This document shows positions 42,701 to 57,828 of a DNA stretch of 64,000 bases, one piece after another. Position 1 is the first letter of the stretch; the number at the start of each line of letters is the position of its first letter. Origin of the DNA: Eledone cirrhosa (lineage: Eukaryota); the NCBI GenBank assembly GCA_964016885.1, contig OZ024754.1, forward strand, positions 28,272,001 to 28,336,000, written 5' to 3'. The notes beneath the pieces are model-generated. The model did no database searches. It was given only the letters and a program-made list of their open reading frames with translations, and had not been told where the DNA came from. Position numbers and translations under genes: made by a program.

Positions 42701-45700
42701 AAAGACACTCTTATGTTTTTCATTTAATGTGGAGGGATTTAATAATATAACTAAACTTCTCACTATTTATCTTTTGTTTGGAATGTAACTTAACAAAGTG
42801 ACTTACATAAGATTATATTGAAAGATCTTTAGATAAATATAAACACTTTAATCTACACTTTCATTACCACATTTTTAATGAAATATACTATCTAGGATTT
42901 TGTAATATAACAATTTTTTTCATTATTAACCTATTGTTTGGAACACAACTTCAAAGGTCTTACATAAAATTGAGGGAAATGCTTTAAAATAGTTTTATAT
43001 TATAGAAACGGAGGCGGTTTCAAGTGGTTTATTATCAGAAGGGTTAAATAGTTAATTATAATAATCTTTTTTAACTATTTTTTTTGACAATTTTTTTTCA
43101 ATATTTGATTTTTTTTTATCCCGATTTTAGCCTGCAGCAGAAAGTATCATTAATATGCTTTGGTTATTAATGGAGACTGGAACTGAAGAATTAAAACTTC
43201 TACAGACAGCTCTTCTCCTTATTACCACCAATTCAGTTGTTCAACATGACCATTTAGCAAAGGTAATTGCACTTCCTTTCAATGTTTCTATAAAATGAAC
43301 ATCCACTAATGTAATAGCCATTTGTATTGTGGAGATGACTGAGGAAGGAAGAGGTTATTACGTCGACTGAGGAAGGAAGAGGTGATAACGTCGACTGAGG
43401 AAGGACAAACATCTCTTTTTTTTTATATTATGTATAGATATTACAATTAGCCGTCATTTTTGACGGCATGGGGCCAGCTAGTATATTATATATTCTACAT
43501 GAAGTCAACTTTGCCTTAACCCTTTAGCATTTAAACCAGCCGTATCCAGCCAGAACTCTCTCATCTCTTTCTGTTCAAACCGGCCATAACCGGCCACTCA
43601 TACCAACATTAAGGTATTGTTCTCAAAATAGATAGTATCAAAATCTCATAGATTCAATATTATGTGAGATAATTATGTAAAATAAAGTGTTTACTGTGAA
43701 AATGCAATAGTAAAAATAATGTAAATGCGAAAGGGTTAAATCCATTTGAAGTTGATAAAAAAGTACCAGTCTAGTACCTGGGTTGATTCTTCTTCTATAT
43801 CTCTTTCTCATTTCCTTTCTCTCACTCTCTATTCATCTCTGGAAGAGATCTGCTGCACTCAGGTCTGGAGAGGGGATGGGCTCTGCCAGGCTTAAAACTG
43901 CCCTAAGGAACACCGTATGTCAACATGGTGCTCCTACCGCGCTCTCATTCCATAACATTCTACATACAACTAGCATTTTGGGACATTCACTTCAATAGTT
44001 GTCGACTGGAGATCTCAAAACTGTTGGTACCTCTTGACCAAAGTAGCATTGATGTTACAAGGGAATAATGTTCATGTTTTAAGGTCTACACTAGTACAAT
44101 TATTCCTTTCATTATCTAAGCTCCTATCATTAGGATGCTCTTGTAACCACTACAATCATTAATCATAAACTATAATTATAAATCCTACAGAGTTGTCAGA
44201 ACATCAAACAAAATGCTTTGCAGTATTTGTTCTGACTCTGCACTCCGAGACCAAATCCTGTTGAGGTCACCCTTGCTTTACATCTCTTTGAAGTCAATAA
44301 ATAATTAAAAGTACTAGTCCTGTACTGTGGTTGATTTTTTTTTTTCTCTCTCTTCCTCTCTTGTTCTCACCCTCTCTCTTGTTCTCACCCTCTCTCTTGT
44401 TCTCACCCTCTCTCTTGTTCTATCTCTCTCTCTTGTTCTATTTCGCTTTCTTCTTCTTCTTCTTCTTCTCTCTCTCTACTTTTCTCTCTCTCTCTCTCAA
44501 AAATAAGATGTGTTTAGGAGCGGGATAGGCTCTGCCAAGTTTAAAGGCCACAATATTGTTCCTCCAACTCCAGGAGTTCAGGGATGAATTGGGGATTTCA
44601 TTATCACACGTTTTCTTTTAAAAGCAGTATTGAGAGATTTGGCTGCTATTTCTAGCTTTTTTGAATGACTACGTAGGTGCTCTTTTTGTTTTTGGCAGGG
44701 TGATGATTTATTGGCAATGTATCAATCTAGATGCTATCATTGATGATGTGTTCAATAGCTTACAATATAGCAATGGTTGACTTAATTGCTTCTTCCAGAC
44801 CACTTCCTCTCCACCTCCCAGATCAATACTATAACACTGTGGTTACAGATCAATACTGTGGTTACAATGTTGTAGTAAATGATAAAAAAAGCTGGTTTGT
44901 TTGTCTAATGGGTCCCTCCCATACTGTTTACATTCTCAAACACAGTTAACTGTGTGTGTTTGTATATACAGGTGTATGTATCTCTTCTGGGAGAGATGAC
45001 CCCTTAGCCTTTGTCAAGGCAGAATTCTAGGAGAAGGAAAACTCTGATATAACACCTGCAACCCTGATGGTATCCAATGATGTTGACTTGTTCTTTTTGG
45101 TAAATATCATCTTGGTTAAGAGAGTGGGACTGGCTTTGTGCAGTGCCTTTGCTCACTATAAAAGCTTCATGGCACAGGCATTGCTTTATATCTGGAGATC
45201 TCTCTGCACTTGTCATCACATGGTACCATGGGCCCAGCACTGTGTCAATAATTGTCGCAAGTGTAGTGTTTGTACCAGAGTTTTCAAGTCGCTGGCTGGA
45301 CTAAAAAGTCACACTCGTTCAGCGCATCGGTAGGGGTTCTCCTACATGGATATAAAGTAGTGGCCGTACTCGAAAACGAGTTGGCAGCCACCATGTATGT
45401 ATGTAAGTGTGTGTGTGTGTGTATGTTACATATTACAGTACAACCTGTGCATGGTTTGGTCATCGGCAACTAAACCAGCAACCCCACCAAGCTTGCTTGG
45501 TGAGGAGGGTGACTTTGAACACCCTGCAAGATGAAAAACAAAACCCGTCAAAGGGTGGAGGAACTCAGCTGAGTTAACGGCCATCCAATAAAGCTTTTTT
45601 CTTTTTTTTTGTGGAGCGAGAGACCCCTAGTCTTCATTAAGACATCTCTCTAGGAGAAGGTCACTCTGATATAAAACCTGCAACTTCGTTTGCATCCAAT

Positions 45701-45974
45701 GATGTAGATCAGTTTTGGGGTAAATGCATTTGGTGTTCAGAGAGTGGGATTGGCCCCGTGCAAAGCCTTTCCTCACTTAAAAAAACTTCAAGCACTGGCA
45801 TCGCTTGATATTTAACATTTTTTGCGATGTATGGTATTGCTGGCCATAGGCAAGTCCCTAGCTCGACTAAAAAACACATCTGTGATGCTCATGCTTAAGT
45901 ATCATGCAATGGCATTACTCAAAATCGAGTTGCAGCCATCATGTATGTATGTATATATGTGTATGTATGTATAT

Positions 45975-46032
<58 letters not shown>

Positions 46033-49000
46033 ATGCGTGTATGTATGCATGTATGCATTTATGTATGTGTATGTATATCATCTTCATCGTTGTTTAACAT
46101 GTTTTTTAATGCTTGCATGGGTTAGACGGGTTGTCCACGTTATGAGTCAAGTTTGGCCACTTTGTCATGCTGTACCTTGCTGAAACGGAACTGTATTTTG
46201 GCAGGTGTTTTTTACAGCTGAATGCCCTTCTTAACAACAACCACGTTTACAGTGTGGAATTGGGTGGTCTTGTTATGAGGAGGCTCTGGCTGGTTGGCCG
46301 CGTCATACCCTGCTCATGGCAGAACCATGTTTTGGGAGCTGGGTGGTCTCGTTATGAGAAAGGTCTGGCCATGTGGCTGTGCTATACCTTGCTCATAGTG
46401 GGGCCGTGTTTTGGCTTGGTTTTTGTGGTTACTGGATGCCCTACCTAAACACTAACCACGTTTACAGTGTGGGAATGGTGGGGTGGGGTCCTGTTATGAG
46501 GTAAGTGTGGCCAGTTTACTGTGTCATGCCTTGCTCATAATGAAACCGTACTTTGGCTGGGATTTACAGCAGGAAGCTTATTTCTAACACAAACCATGTT
46601 TAAAGTGTGGAGCTGGGCATTACCACTTTTTTTTTGTGGCTACTGGATGCCTTTCCTAAGCACAGACCATGCTTACAGTGTGGGCTGGACTGGGTTGTCG
46701 GCTCTGGTCTTCTGTTGTATGTTGTAACACCAGAGGTCTCGGTCTATTGTCATCTCATCGGGAGGTTCAGCTGTGCCAGGACACCCTTTATCATTTCATC
46801 TGACATCTTCCTAGGTCTTCTCTTTGAGGCACTCTACAACTTAGAGTGCCCTGCACCTTTTTATACAGCTGTTGTCCTTCATGTGCATCACTGATGATGA
46901 TGTCAGAAAAGAAACAGGACTTAGGTCGCAAACACATATTTCAAATCCAAACTACAAACTAATAATCCCCCTCGGGAGTTACACACTTTCCCATCCTTCT
47001 CCACCACATCTCCATGTACTCCAAGAAGGATTCTCTGCAGTTCTGTCCCTCTTGACGTCTCTGGCAATTGGTCTCCAGATGGTACTGAATGATTCATGAC
47101 TCATTACCTTGGTGACTGGTACTTTGTTTGGTCGCATACTAGGGTCAATGTAATGACTTTTCCCCTCCCCACAGATTGTAATTATGCCAGAAAGCATATT
47201 GTCTGATGCTCTACTAATACTGCCAATTCTTCATTGTCTTATAATAATAATAACTTTGACACAAGGGTGTATGAAAAGGAGGAGAAAATTAACCGATACC
47301 AGGATTTAAAGTGGGAGTTAAAAAGGATTTGGGACTGTCAAGAGATCAAGGTTGTCCCGATTGTCATAGGAGCACTAGGTACTATCTCAAAGAGTTTTCA
47401 AGGATGGTTAAAGAACATTAGCCCAGCCCCCTTTTTTGGCACACTTCAAAAGGGTTGCTTGCTGGGAACAGCAAGGACTCTCCAATACATCCTGAATATC
47501 TGAGGCTGCAGGTAGCAGCTTGATGTTCATTTGAACAAACTTTCCAGTTAAATAACATAATTGACTGAGACTCTAATAATAATGCTTTCTTTATTAACCA
47601 CAAGGGTTTACATAAAGTAGACATTAAGGATAGTACAGGACGGTACAAATGGGCATTTCTGCGTGTAAAAAACCCCCCCAAAAACAGGATGTAATAAAAA
47701 ATAACAATGAAAAATTCCCCAATAGGGGGGGAGACTTCCGAGGGACATTTGTGGAGAAAGCCCATTAAAAGGCCACAGTGACCCTGACCACCAGGGCAAG
47801 TGCCCTCTCCCAGTTTTCCACCTTTAATTTACAGACACATACTCAGAGTAGGCCCATTCACTTGGGTCATACTTGCTTCTCTCACCCATCTTTCAACAAA
47901 ATGCTGGGAAGAGAGCACTTCCCTCTCTACTCTGATTTTCCTTTTCAAATGAAATTTGAAAAAGTCAATCAGGGCATCACCGAAGAGGTAAGTGCTCGTC
48001 TTCAGCCCTTTCAAACATGTCCACCATACTATCTCTTTCGCCATGGCCACCAGACAAATAAAAACTGCCTGCCCTTCCCGGCTAAAGGAAGAGGGCGGGG
48101 CAATCCTCACGATGGACTCAGATGATAGCCGGATCCGTCCTACACGTGACAGCAGGTGTTCGACATAAACCCACAGGTCAGCAATTTTAGGACACTGGAC
48201 GAGTGCGTGCAGGACGGTTTCGTCGCCCTGCGCGCATCTCGGACATGCCCGGCTGATGGCACCTCCATGCCTGTAGAGTTTATCCCGAACTGGCAAGGCT
48301 CCTCGGTAGCACTGCCAGGCCAGAGATTTCTGGAAATTGTCCATAGGTCCCGGCTCGAAAGTTCTACCGAAGAGATTGGCTAGTTGAATTTCGTCGATGC
48401 CTAGAGTTTCCCCAAGTACGTCGTCGCTCTTCCCCTCCACTAATCCTCTATAGAACGCCGAGGTGGATTTCCATCGATCACATTGCCCGATTGGTCGAGG
48501 GCTGTGAGCGCCTGAAGACATTCCAGTCTCCAAGCGCTCCCTCTCGGTCTTCGCTTGACCCAGGACTGCAGCTCCATCAAGGAGACGAGCTGGGGAAAGA
48601 CATGTCTAGAAAACGGCAACCACACCTGATCACCATTGAGGAAGAGGTGGAGATGTAGCCTGAGCGCGTGTCTGCGCATAATCAGCCACGGCATGCCCAG
48701 CCCTCCACGTAGCGGGTGTTGACATCAGATGGACCGCCTGACCATCGGAGCGCGTCCCTTCCACAAAAAGCGAAAGAGCAAACGCTCCAGCGCAGTCAGG
48801 CGGGGTTTAGGACAAGGTACGACGGTCTGGTGGTAGTAAATGACGGACGCGATGTACGCGTTAGCCATCTCCGCTCGACCTTTCAAGGATAGCTTCCTCT
48901 CCACCCATTTCTGGGTGAGAGAAGCCACCCTGCTCGTCACCTCGTCCCAGTTTTTGTCCGTCTGGAGGTCCGGACCGAACCAGACGCCTAGCAATTTAAC

Positions 49001-52000
49001 CGGTCCGTCCGTCCAGCGCCCGACGATGCTGTTGGACGGCATGGACCTGCTTCTCCAGGTGCCGAGCTGCAGGCCCACTGACTTTTCCTGGTTCATCATT
49101 GCTCCTGTCACCGCTTCGTATTCTCTTAGTGTAGTGCGATAATAATAATAATGATGATGATGATGATGATGATGATAAATTTTGTTTTATTTTGTAGGCT
49201 CTTGTGTTGTGTTTTCGGCTACATTTCACCAAAGATAGTACAACCATTAATACTGCTGCTGCCACCATCAAACAGTTAGTGAATGTTGTGTTTGAGAGAG
49301 TGATTAATGAGGATAGCCAATCTGCCAAAGGTAATTTTATCTTATTAGGCAATAAGTTGTCATTCCTGGAGAGGAGATAGTCCCCGCCATGTTTAAAATG
49401 TCCTAGAATCGCCGTATTGATATAGTTACGGAACTGAAGTTGTCATTATGACGTCAGATTAAATACAACTGAATGTCCATTGTCAAAACAGACAGGATCT
49501 CTCATCATAGCATTCGGTGCTAGGATATAGGTAGGGGTGAGAAATCTATGGATGCAAGGGAGATAAACGCAATAAATATTAGAAAAAAATGTTATATTTT
49601 GTTTATCTCCCCTTACATTTATTTTTTTGCATTTTTTTAAACATTACAGATTGTTTATAGTTCTTACAGAATGAAAATGTAAACGCAAATAATAAATACA
49701 ATTAAATATTGCTAGGAACCGCAGAGATGCTATAAAATAGTTTATAAAATAAGGCGAAGGCCTTTAAAAGGTGGAAAAAGAATATTGTTTAGCTGTTTTG
49801 TGTGAAATAACTCAATGTTGTTTATACTTTGATTATATTTCAGAAGTTAATGGCAACATATCTTTTGAAGATTTGAAAATGGGTAGTAAAATACCTCCCA
49901 AGTCTTTAAAGCCATGTGCAGGAGACGCCTACTTGCTTTTTCAGGTAACTCATTTCTTTAGCAATCAATTCTATGAGATTTATGGTGTCCTTGGACCCCA
50001 AAATACCGTTTTCCTTTGTCAAATTGAGTGGAGTGCACTATGCTTGAAGGGGTTACCATGTGATGTGGAGTGGCTGATGTAGCGGGAGTCACTGGCTGTT
50101 CTTCACAACAATACTCTCACCATCTGGTCTGTGGTGGGGCTGATGTAGCGGGTATTGCTGGCTGTTCTTCATGACAATACTCTCAGTAACTGGACTGTGG
50201 TGGGGCTAATGTAGCGGGTATTGCTGGCTGTTCTTCATGGCAATACTCTCAGTATCTGGTCTGGTGGGGCTGATGTAGCGGGTATGGCTGGCTGTTCTTC
50301 ATGACAATACTCTCAGTATCTGGACTGTGGTGGGGCTGATGTAGCGGGTATTGCTGGCTGTTCTTCATGACAATACTCTCAGTATCTGGTCTGTGGTGGG
50401 GCTGATGTAGCAGGTATTGCTGGCTGTTCTTCATGACAATACTCTCAGTATCTGGTCTGTGGTGGGGCTGATGTAGCGGGTATTGCTGGCTGTTCTTCAT
50501 GACAATACTCTCAGTATCTGGTCTGTGGTGGGGCTGATGTAGCGGGTATTGCTGGCTGTTCTTCATGACAATACTCTCAGTATCTGGACTGTGGTGGGGC
50601 TGATGTAGCGGGTATTGCTGGCTGTTCTTCATGACAACACTCTCAGTATCTGGACTGTGGTGGGGCTGATGTAGCGGGTATTGTTGGCTGTTCTTCATGA
50701 CAATACTCTCAGTATCTGGACTGGAGGGGCTGATGTAGCGGGTATTGCTGGCTGTTCTTCATGACAATACCTTCAGTATCTGGTCTGTGGTGGGGCTGAT
50801 GTAGCGGGTATTGCTGGCTGTTCTTCATGACAATACTCTCAGTATCTGGACTGTGGTGGGGCTGATGTAGCGGGTATTGCTGGTTGTTCTTCATGACAAT
50901 ACTATCAGTATCTGGACTGGAGGGGCTGACGTAGCGGGTATTGCTGGCTGTTCTTCATGACAATACTCTCAGTATCTGGACTGTGGTGGGGCTGATGTAG
51001 CGGGTATTGCTGGCTGTTCTTCATGACAATACTCTCAGTATCTGGACTGTGGTGGGGCTGATGTAGCGGGTATTGCTGGCTGTTCTTCATGACAATACTC
51101 TCAGTATCTGGACTGTGGTGGGGCTGATGTAGCGGGTATTGCTGGCTGTTCTTCATGACAATACTCTCAGTATCTGGACTGTGGTGGGGCTGATGTAGCG
51201 GGTATTGCTGGCTGTTCTTCATGACAATACTCTCAGTATCTGGACTGTGGTGGGGCTGATGTAGCGGGTATTGCTGGTTGTTCTTCATGACAATACTCTC
51301 AGTATCTGGACTGTGGTGGGGCTGATGTAGCGGGTATTGCTGGCTGTTCTTCATGACAATACTCTCAGTATCTGGTCTGTGGTGGGGCTGATGTAGCGGG
51401 TATTGCTGGCTGTTCTTCATGACAATACTCTCAGTATCTGGACTGTGGTGGGGCTGATGTAACGGGTATTGCTGGCTGTTCTTCATGACAATACTCTCAG
51501 TATCTGGACTGTGGTGGGGCTGATGTAGCGGGTATTGCTGGCTGTTCTTCATGACAATACTCTCAGTATCTGGTCTGTGGTGGGGCTGATGTAGCGGGTA
51601 TTGCTGGCTGTTCTTCATGACAATACTCTCAGTATCTGGACTGTGGTGGGGCTGATGTAGCGGGTATTGCTGGCTGTTCTTCATGACAATACTCTCAGTA
51701 TCTGGACTGGAGGGGCTGATGTAGCGGGTATTGCTGGCTGTTCTTCATGACAATACCCTCAGTATCTGGACTGTGGTGGGGCTGATGTAGCGGGTATTGC
51801 TGGCTGTTCTTCATGACAATACTCTCAGTATCTGGACTGTGGTGGGGCTGATGTAGCGGGTATTGCTGGCTGTTCTTCATGACAATACTCTCAGTATCTG
51901 GACTGGAGGGGTTGATGTAGCGGGTATTGCTGGCTGTTCTTCATGACAATACTATCAGTATCTGGACTGGAGGGGCTGATGTAGCGGGTATTGCTGGCTG

Positions 52001-55000
52001 TTCTTCATGACAATACTCTCAGTATCTGGACTGGAGGGGCTGATGTAGCGGGTATTGCTGGCTGTTCTTCATGACAATACTCTCAGTATCTGGTCTGTGG
52101 TGGGGCTGATGTAGCGTGTATTGCTGGCTGTTCTTCATGACAATACTTTCAGTATCTTGTCTATGGTGGGGCTGATGTAGCGGGTATTGCTGGCTGTTCT
52201 TCATGACAATACTCTCAGTATCTGGACTGTGGTGGGGCTGATGTAGCGGGTATTGCTGGCTGTTCTTCATGACAATACTATCAGTATCTGGACTGGAGGG
52301 GCTGATGTAGCGGGTATTGCTGGCTGTTCTTCATGACAATACTCTCAGTATCTGGACTGTGGTGGGGCTGATGTAGCGGGTATTGCTGGCTGTTCTTCAT
52401 GACAATACTTTCAGTATCTTGTCTATGGTGGGGCTGATGTAGCGGGTATTGCTGGCTGTTCTTCATGACAATACTCTCAGTATCTGGACTGTGGTGGGGC
52501 TGATGTAGCGGGTATTGCTGGCTGTTCTTCATGACAATACTATCAGTATCTGGACTGGAGGGGCTGATGTAGCGGGTATTGCTGGCTGTTCTTCATGACA
52601 ATACTCTCAGTATCTGGACTGTGGTGGGGCTGATGTAGCGGGTATTGCTGGCTGTTCTTCATGACAATACTTTCAGTATCTTGTCTATGGTGGGGCTGAT
52701 GTAGCGGGTATTGCTGGCTGTTCTTCATGACAATACTCTCAGTATCTGGACTGTGGTGGGGCTGATGTAGCGGGTATTGCTGGCTGTTCTTCATGACAAT
52801 ACTATCAGTATCTGGACTGGAGGGGCTGATGTAGCGGGTATTGCTGGCTGTTCTTCATGACAATACTCTCAGTATCTGGACTGTGGTGGGGCTGATGTAG
52901 CGGGTATTGCTGGCTGTTCTTCATGACAATACTCTCAGTATCTGGACTGTGGTGGGGCTGATGTAGCGGGTATTGCTGGCTGTTCTTCATGACAATACTT
53001 TCAGTATCTTGTCTGTGGTGGGGCTGATGTAGCGGGTATTGCTGGCTGTTCTTCATGACAATACTCTCAGTATCTTGTCTATGGTGGGGCTGATGTAGCG
53101 GGTATTGCTGGCTGTTCTTCATGACAATACTCTCAGTATCTGGACTGGAGGGGCTGATGTAGCGGGTATTGCTGGCTGTTCTTCATGACAATACTCTCAG
53201 TATCTTGTCTATGGTGGGGCTGATGTAGTGGTGTTACTGGCATGACAATACTCTGAGAGAAAGGAGAGAATATTTTTATAGGAACCAAGTAAATATGTAG
53301 AATTAACCTGATTTCAACTTTTTAATAGATTTTTGTTGTTGTTCTGCGTATCTGGCTTAGAATAGGTAAAATGTATCTCTCTGTCATAAGAGGTGAGTAA
53401 AAGAGTCAGTGACAGGAAGAGGATCTGGTTGTAAAACATTGCTTCAAAAGGACTTCCTGATGAGTATAAACTTACTATGGGGCCTGCAAGGTTAAACTCT
53501 GCTTTCTTAGGGAAAATGACCTCGAAACACTTGTTGTTTATTAGATATATATTCAGAAATATTCATGCTTGTTTTCATTTCAGGATCTGTGCCAACTTGT
53601 GAATGCTGATCAACCCTATTGGCTCACTGGAATGACAGAAATGACCCGAACATTTGGGTTAGAACTTCTCGAATCAGTCCTTACTACATTCTCAAATATC
53701 TTCTTATGTGTGAGTATCTTAACAATGAAATTCGTTCGTCTCTATCCTTGAGTTAATTTGATTATAAGTGATGACAGAAAAATTGTTTTGTGCTATCATT
53801 GGAGGTATACATGAAAGCAACAGGCAAATTGGATATTTCAGGTGTGTTTTACAGAGGAGATGATAAATGACAAAATGTACTGTAGACAGATCTATCCAAC
53901 ACATGCCAGCATAAAAAAGTACTTTCATAAACCTTAGAGATACTAAAAGCTTTCCATCATAGTTTTATGTGAGAACCTTTGTTAATAATGAAAAATTTAT
54001 ATTACTAAAAATTCATATTAATAAATTCAATATAAATTTATATTATTAAATCCCTCCAAATTATTATTTTCAAAATTATTTGAAAATCACAAGCAGTCTT
54101 CTATTAGAAATATTAAAATGAAAGGGTTAAAATGTTTATATTTATCTAAAACTCTGCCATCGTAATTTCATGCAAGAACCTTTAAGTTATATTCCAAACA
54201 ACTGAAAAGTATGAATGTTATTTTATTAAATCACTCCAAATTCTTGATTATTTTCAAAATTATTTGGTAAATTTTAGGCAGTGTCTTTCATTAGAAATAT
54301 GGTAATGAAATAGTTAAAACATTTATAATGGTAACCACTATAGTCATGTTGTCATTATGTAGACTACTAAATAACTATTCCTCTTTATCTTACAGCATCC
54401 AGAGTTCAGTTTTATGTTAAAAGAGCGTGTATGTCCATTGGTAATCAAGCTGTTCTCACCGAGTCTCAAGTACAGACAGGGAGTGCCTCCACCTCCATCA
54501 CCTGCTCCTGTAGAAAAGCCTTTTTTTCCCATTGTCATGAGGCTTCTTCGGATTGTCTCTGTTCTAATAAAATTTTACTACCAGCTCCTGGTAAGTTACT
54601 TACTCCATAATATATTATTCCAACATTGTTTTATCTTCAACAACCCAAGTCATTATTTACTTGTAGCTGCTCTCAATAGTTCCATTTATGGTATGGTTTC
54701 CATGCTTGGATGCTCTTCCAAATGCATATCACTTAAGTCTACTGGATGCATTTTGTCATGTGCTTTGCACAACTGAAGAGTCCTCCCGACCATTTGTTGG
54801 TGTGATTTCTCCAGCTAGATGCCCCATTACAAAAATTTACTGGGTACATTTTATCGTTTCTCCAGCTCTAGAGAGGTTGTCATGTCCTTGAAGTGGTTGA
54901 AGAGCCTCCATGACTCTTTTGGTATGGTTTCTACAGCTGGAAGCCTTCTCTGTCACCAACCACGTTTCAGAATATACTGGACACATTTTATGATGGCACT

Positions 55001-57794
55001 AGCACTAACGAGGTTAGCATGTCCTTAACACAACTGAAGAGGTCTCACAACTTTTTTTTTGTGTTATGGTTTCTCCAGTTGGATGCCCTTCTTAATACCA
55101 ACTATTTTCCAGAGTTATACTAGTAATGTATAAAAGGTCAATGTTTTTCTATCGATTAAAAATTTGATTGTTTCTTATTTGTGTAATTTGTAGGTAACTG
55201 AGTGTGAGATCTTCCTGTCGTTACTTGTGAAATTTCTTGAACCAGAAAAACCGAGCTGGCAAAGATGCCTCACTCTTGAAGTTTTACATAAACTGACTGT
55301 TCAACCAGAATTGTTAAGGTATCTTCAAGATTTTCCATTTAGTTTTACATGCAATATAAATATATTGAAATATTTTCATTTGATTTATTATGAAGATATG
55401 CTTGTAACATTATATATCATATCTTTTTGATTCATTATAGATTTAATACTGGTGGATTGGCAGTATCGGTAGAGTGTCGGACACCATGCTTTCCAGCATA
55501 GTTACGTCCCTTTACGATCTGAGTTCAAATCCCGCCGAGGTTGACTTTGCCTTTCATCCTTACGGGGTTGATAAAATAAAGTACCAGTAATGCACTGAGT
55601 AATTGCTGGCTTTGTGCCTAAAGTAGAAACAATTATAGATTTAATACTGATTTAACACTGAAATATATCTGTAACATTGTATCATCATCATCATCGTATT
55701 ACGTCCACTTTTCCATACTTGCATGGGTTGGGCAGATCCTTCTCAGCATGGCATCTCTTCACACTTCGCGATCCTTTGTCATCGCCTCTGTGAGTCTCAC
55801 TGATTTGGGGTCAGCTCTCACCACCTTCAACCAGGTGTTTCTTGGTCTACTTCTACTGCAGCTTCCTTCCACTGGCATTTCCTGGCATTTCTTCACCCAA
55901 TGATCATTGTCCAAAGTTATATGATTACAGGTGTCACCATGTGAGCTTTACATACAACTATATTCATATATGTTAACATGAATGCACCCAGTGCACTCTG
56001 TAAAGTGGTTGACATTCAAACAGATAGAATGGTATAGAGAAGACTCTTCTGTCTGGCTGAGTACATGGCAACTTCTCTAGAGCGTGTGCTAGGGATATGG
56101 GAATCAGTAGACGGGACCTGGGGGCAGTGATGGGGGCAGGGAATTCTGGGGCATGAGAGTGAGATCCATCATCTCGACAGTAGTCGACGAATGATGATGA
56201 TGCTATGATATAAAGCACCCAATACACACTGTAAAGTGGTAGTGCTGTTAACATAAAATGTACCCACAGTGCAGCCTCTAATGTGGTTGGCATTTGGAAA
56301 GGCATCCAGCTGCAGATGTCATGCCAAAATATGAAACGTATGAGCAAGGTGTAATTTCCTGACCTGTCTAAGTCTTGTACTGTGACAACCTGTCCAACCC
56401 ATGCCTGCATGGAAAATGATGTTAAATAATGCTAATGGAGCTAATCTTGTTTGATTTATAACTGAAATATATTTGTAATATTCTGTTTCAGATCTTTCTG
56501 TGAAAGTTATGATATGAAACCCCATTCAACAAAGATCTTCCGTGATTTAGTCAATGCTATTGGTTCTTTCATACAGTCAATGTTCCTAACAAACATTAGT
56601 GGATATGGATATAACTCACATGGTGGTATGTAGTAAACCTTTCTATTGTAAGACTCTAAAGCAGAGGTTCTCAATGTGGGTGCTACCATCCCTTGGGGGG
56701 CGTTGAGAAGGCCCAGGTGGTGCTGGGGCTTAAGGGAGTGGTAGACATGATATAATAGTATATTAAATATCAAATGATACATCTATCTATATATTACTAA
56801 AACTCTGTGATTGCTTGCTTGTCTGTAATGTAATACAGCCAAAAGAGAGCATAATGGGAAAATACTTTGAAATGGGAATACAAATGGAATAAAACAGTTT
56901 TCGCGTAAATCGGTTTTCTGGGTACCTTCATAAACAGAGAGAGAGAACGATAGTAAGGAAGAGATAGTGGTTGTGAGAGAGTAGATTGAAAAAGGGACAT
57001 AGAGAGAGAGAGGGAGAAGAGAAGGAGAATGGAAAGGAGCTGGTGGTGCTGTTGTGTATATACATGTGTGTGTGTATATATATATAGAGGAAAAAATTAG
57101 AGATAAGAGGGATCAGATGTTGTTTACTCGAGAGAAGGCTACGTTGGTATGGACACGTGATGCGCATGAAAGTCGACAGCTGTATAACAAAGTGCAGGGC
57201 AATAAAGATAGACGGTAGTCACGGAATAGGCAGACCTAGAAAAACCTGGGACGAGCTGATAAACTCCGACATCACACACTTACACCTCTCCAAGACAATG
57301 TCACTGGACCGAGACCTTTGGCGGTACTCAGTAACAGAGAAGACCCGCCTTACCTAAATATATAGTAAAACCTACTCCAGCCAGTAGGCATCTCTAACAA
57401 AATACACCCCGTCCCACCACCCCCACCCCATCCACACCACCCCGTTCTATGTAAAGTTATGTTGGTGCCGCGCCATCGAGGCCGAAACAAATGAGATCGT
57501 GTAGGTGTCACGACAAAAAAACACACAGTCCACGCTGTAATGTGGCCGTGTAGGCAACACGGTAAAAACCTCCCAGACCCACACTGTAAATGTGGTTGGT
57601 GTTAGGAAGGGCATCCAACTGTAGAAAACCTGCCAGACAGTCCTATGCGAGCAAGACAATCACTCTTGCCTCAAGTGGGACTACCCCCGTCCAAACCCAT
57701 GCAAGCGTGGAACACGGACGTTAAACGTTGATGATGATGATGATGATGATGATGTGTGTGTGTCTATTATCTGTGTATATAGATCACAGACACC

Positions 57795-57828
<34 letters not shown>

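Noticed and set aside
43338-43406. Repeated CTGAGGA as hammerhead cores
   Set aside because: 28-bp tandem repeat without GAAA or stem III; better explained as Helitron internal repeat.
45240-45333. Host C2H2 zinc-finger exon
   Set aside because: Single finger inside a repeated element with a retroposon-type tail; no splice context.
50249-53122. Minus-strand [22 protein letters not shown] repeat ORFs
   Set aside because: A by-product of a 66-bp unit; the frame is repeatedly broken by 64-bp variants and it is antisense within an intron.
50064-53254. CRISPR-like array or tandem hammerheads
   Set aside because: No unique spacers and no cas genes; CTGATGT/CTGAGAG do not match CUGANGA and there is no GAAA partner.
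53455-53535. CTGATGAG...CTCGAAAC hammerhead-like match
   Set aside because: No credible stem I or stem II pairing; likely chance.
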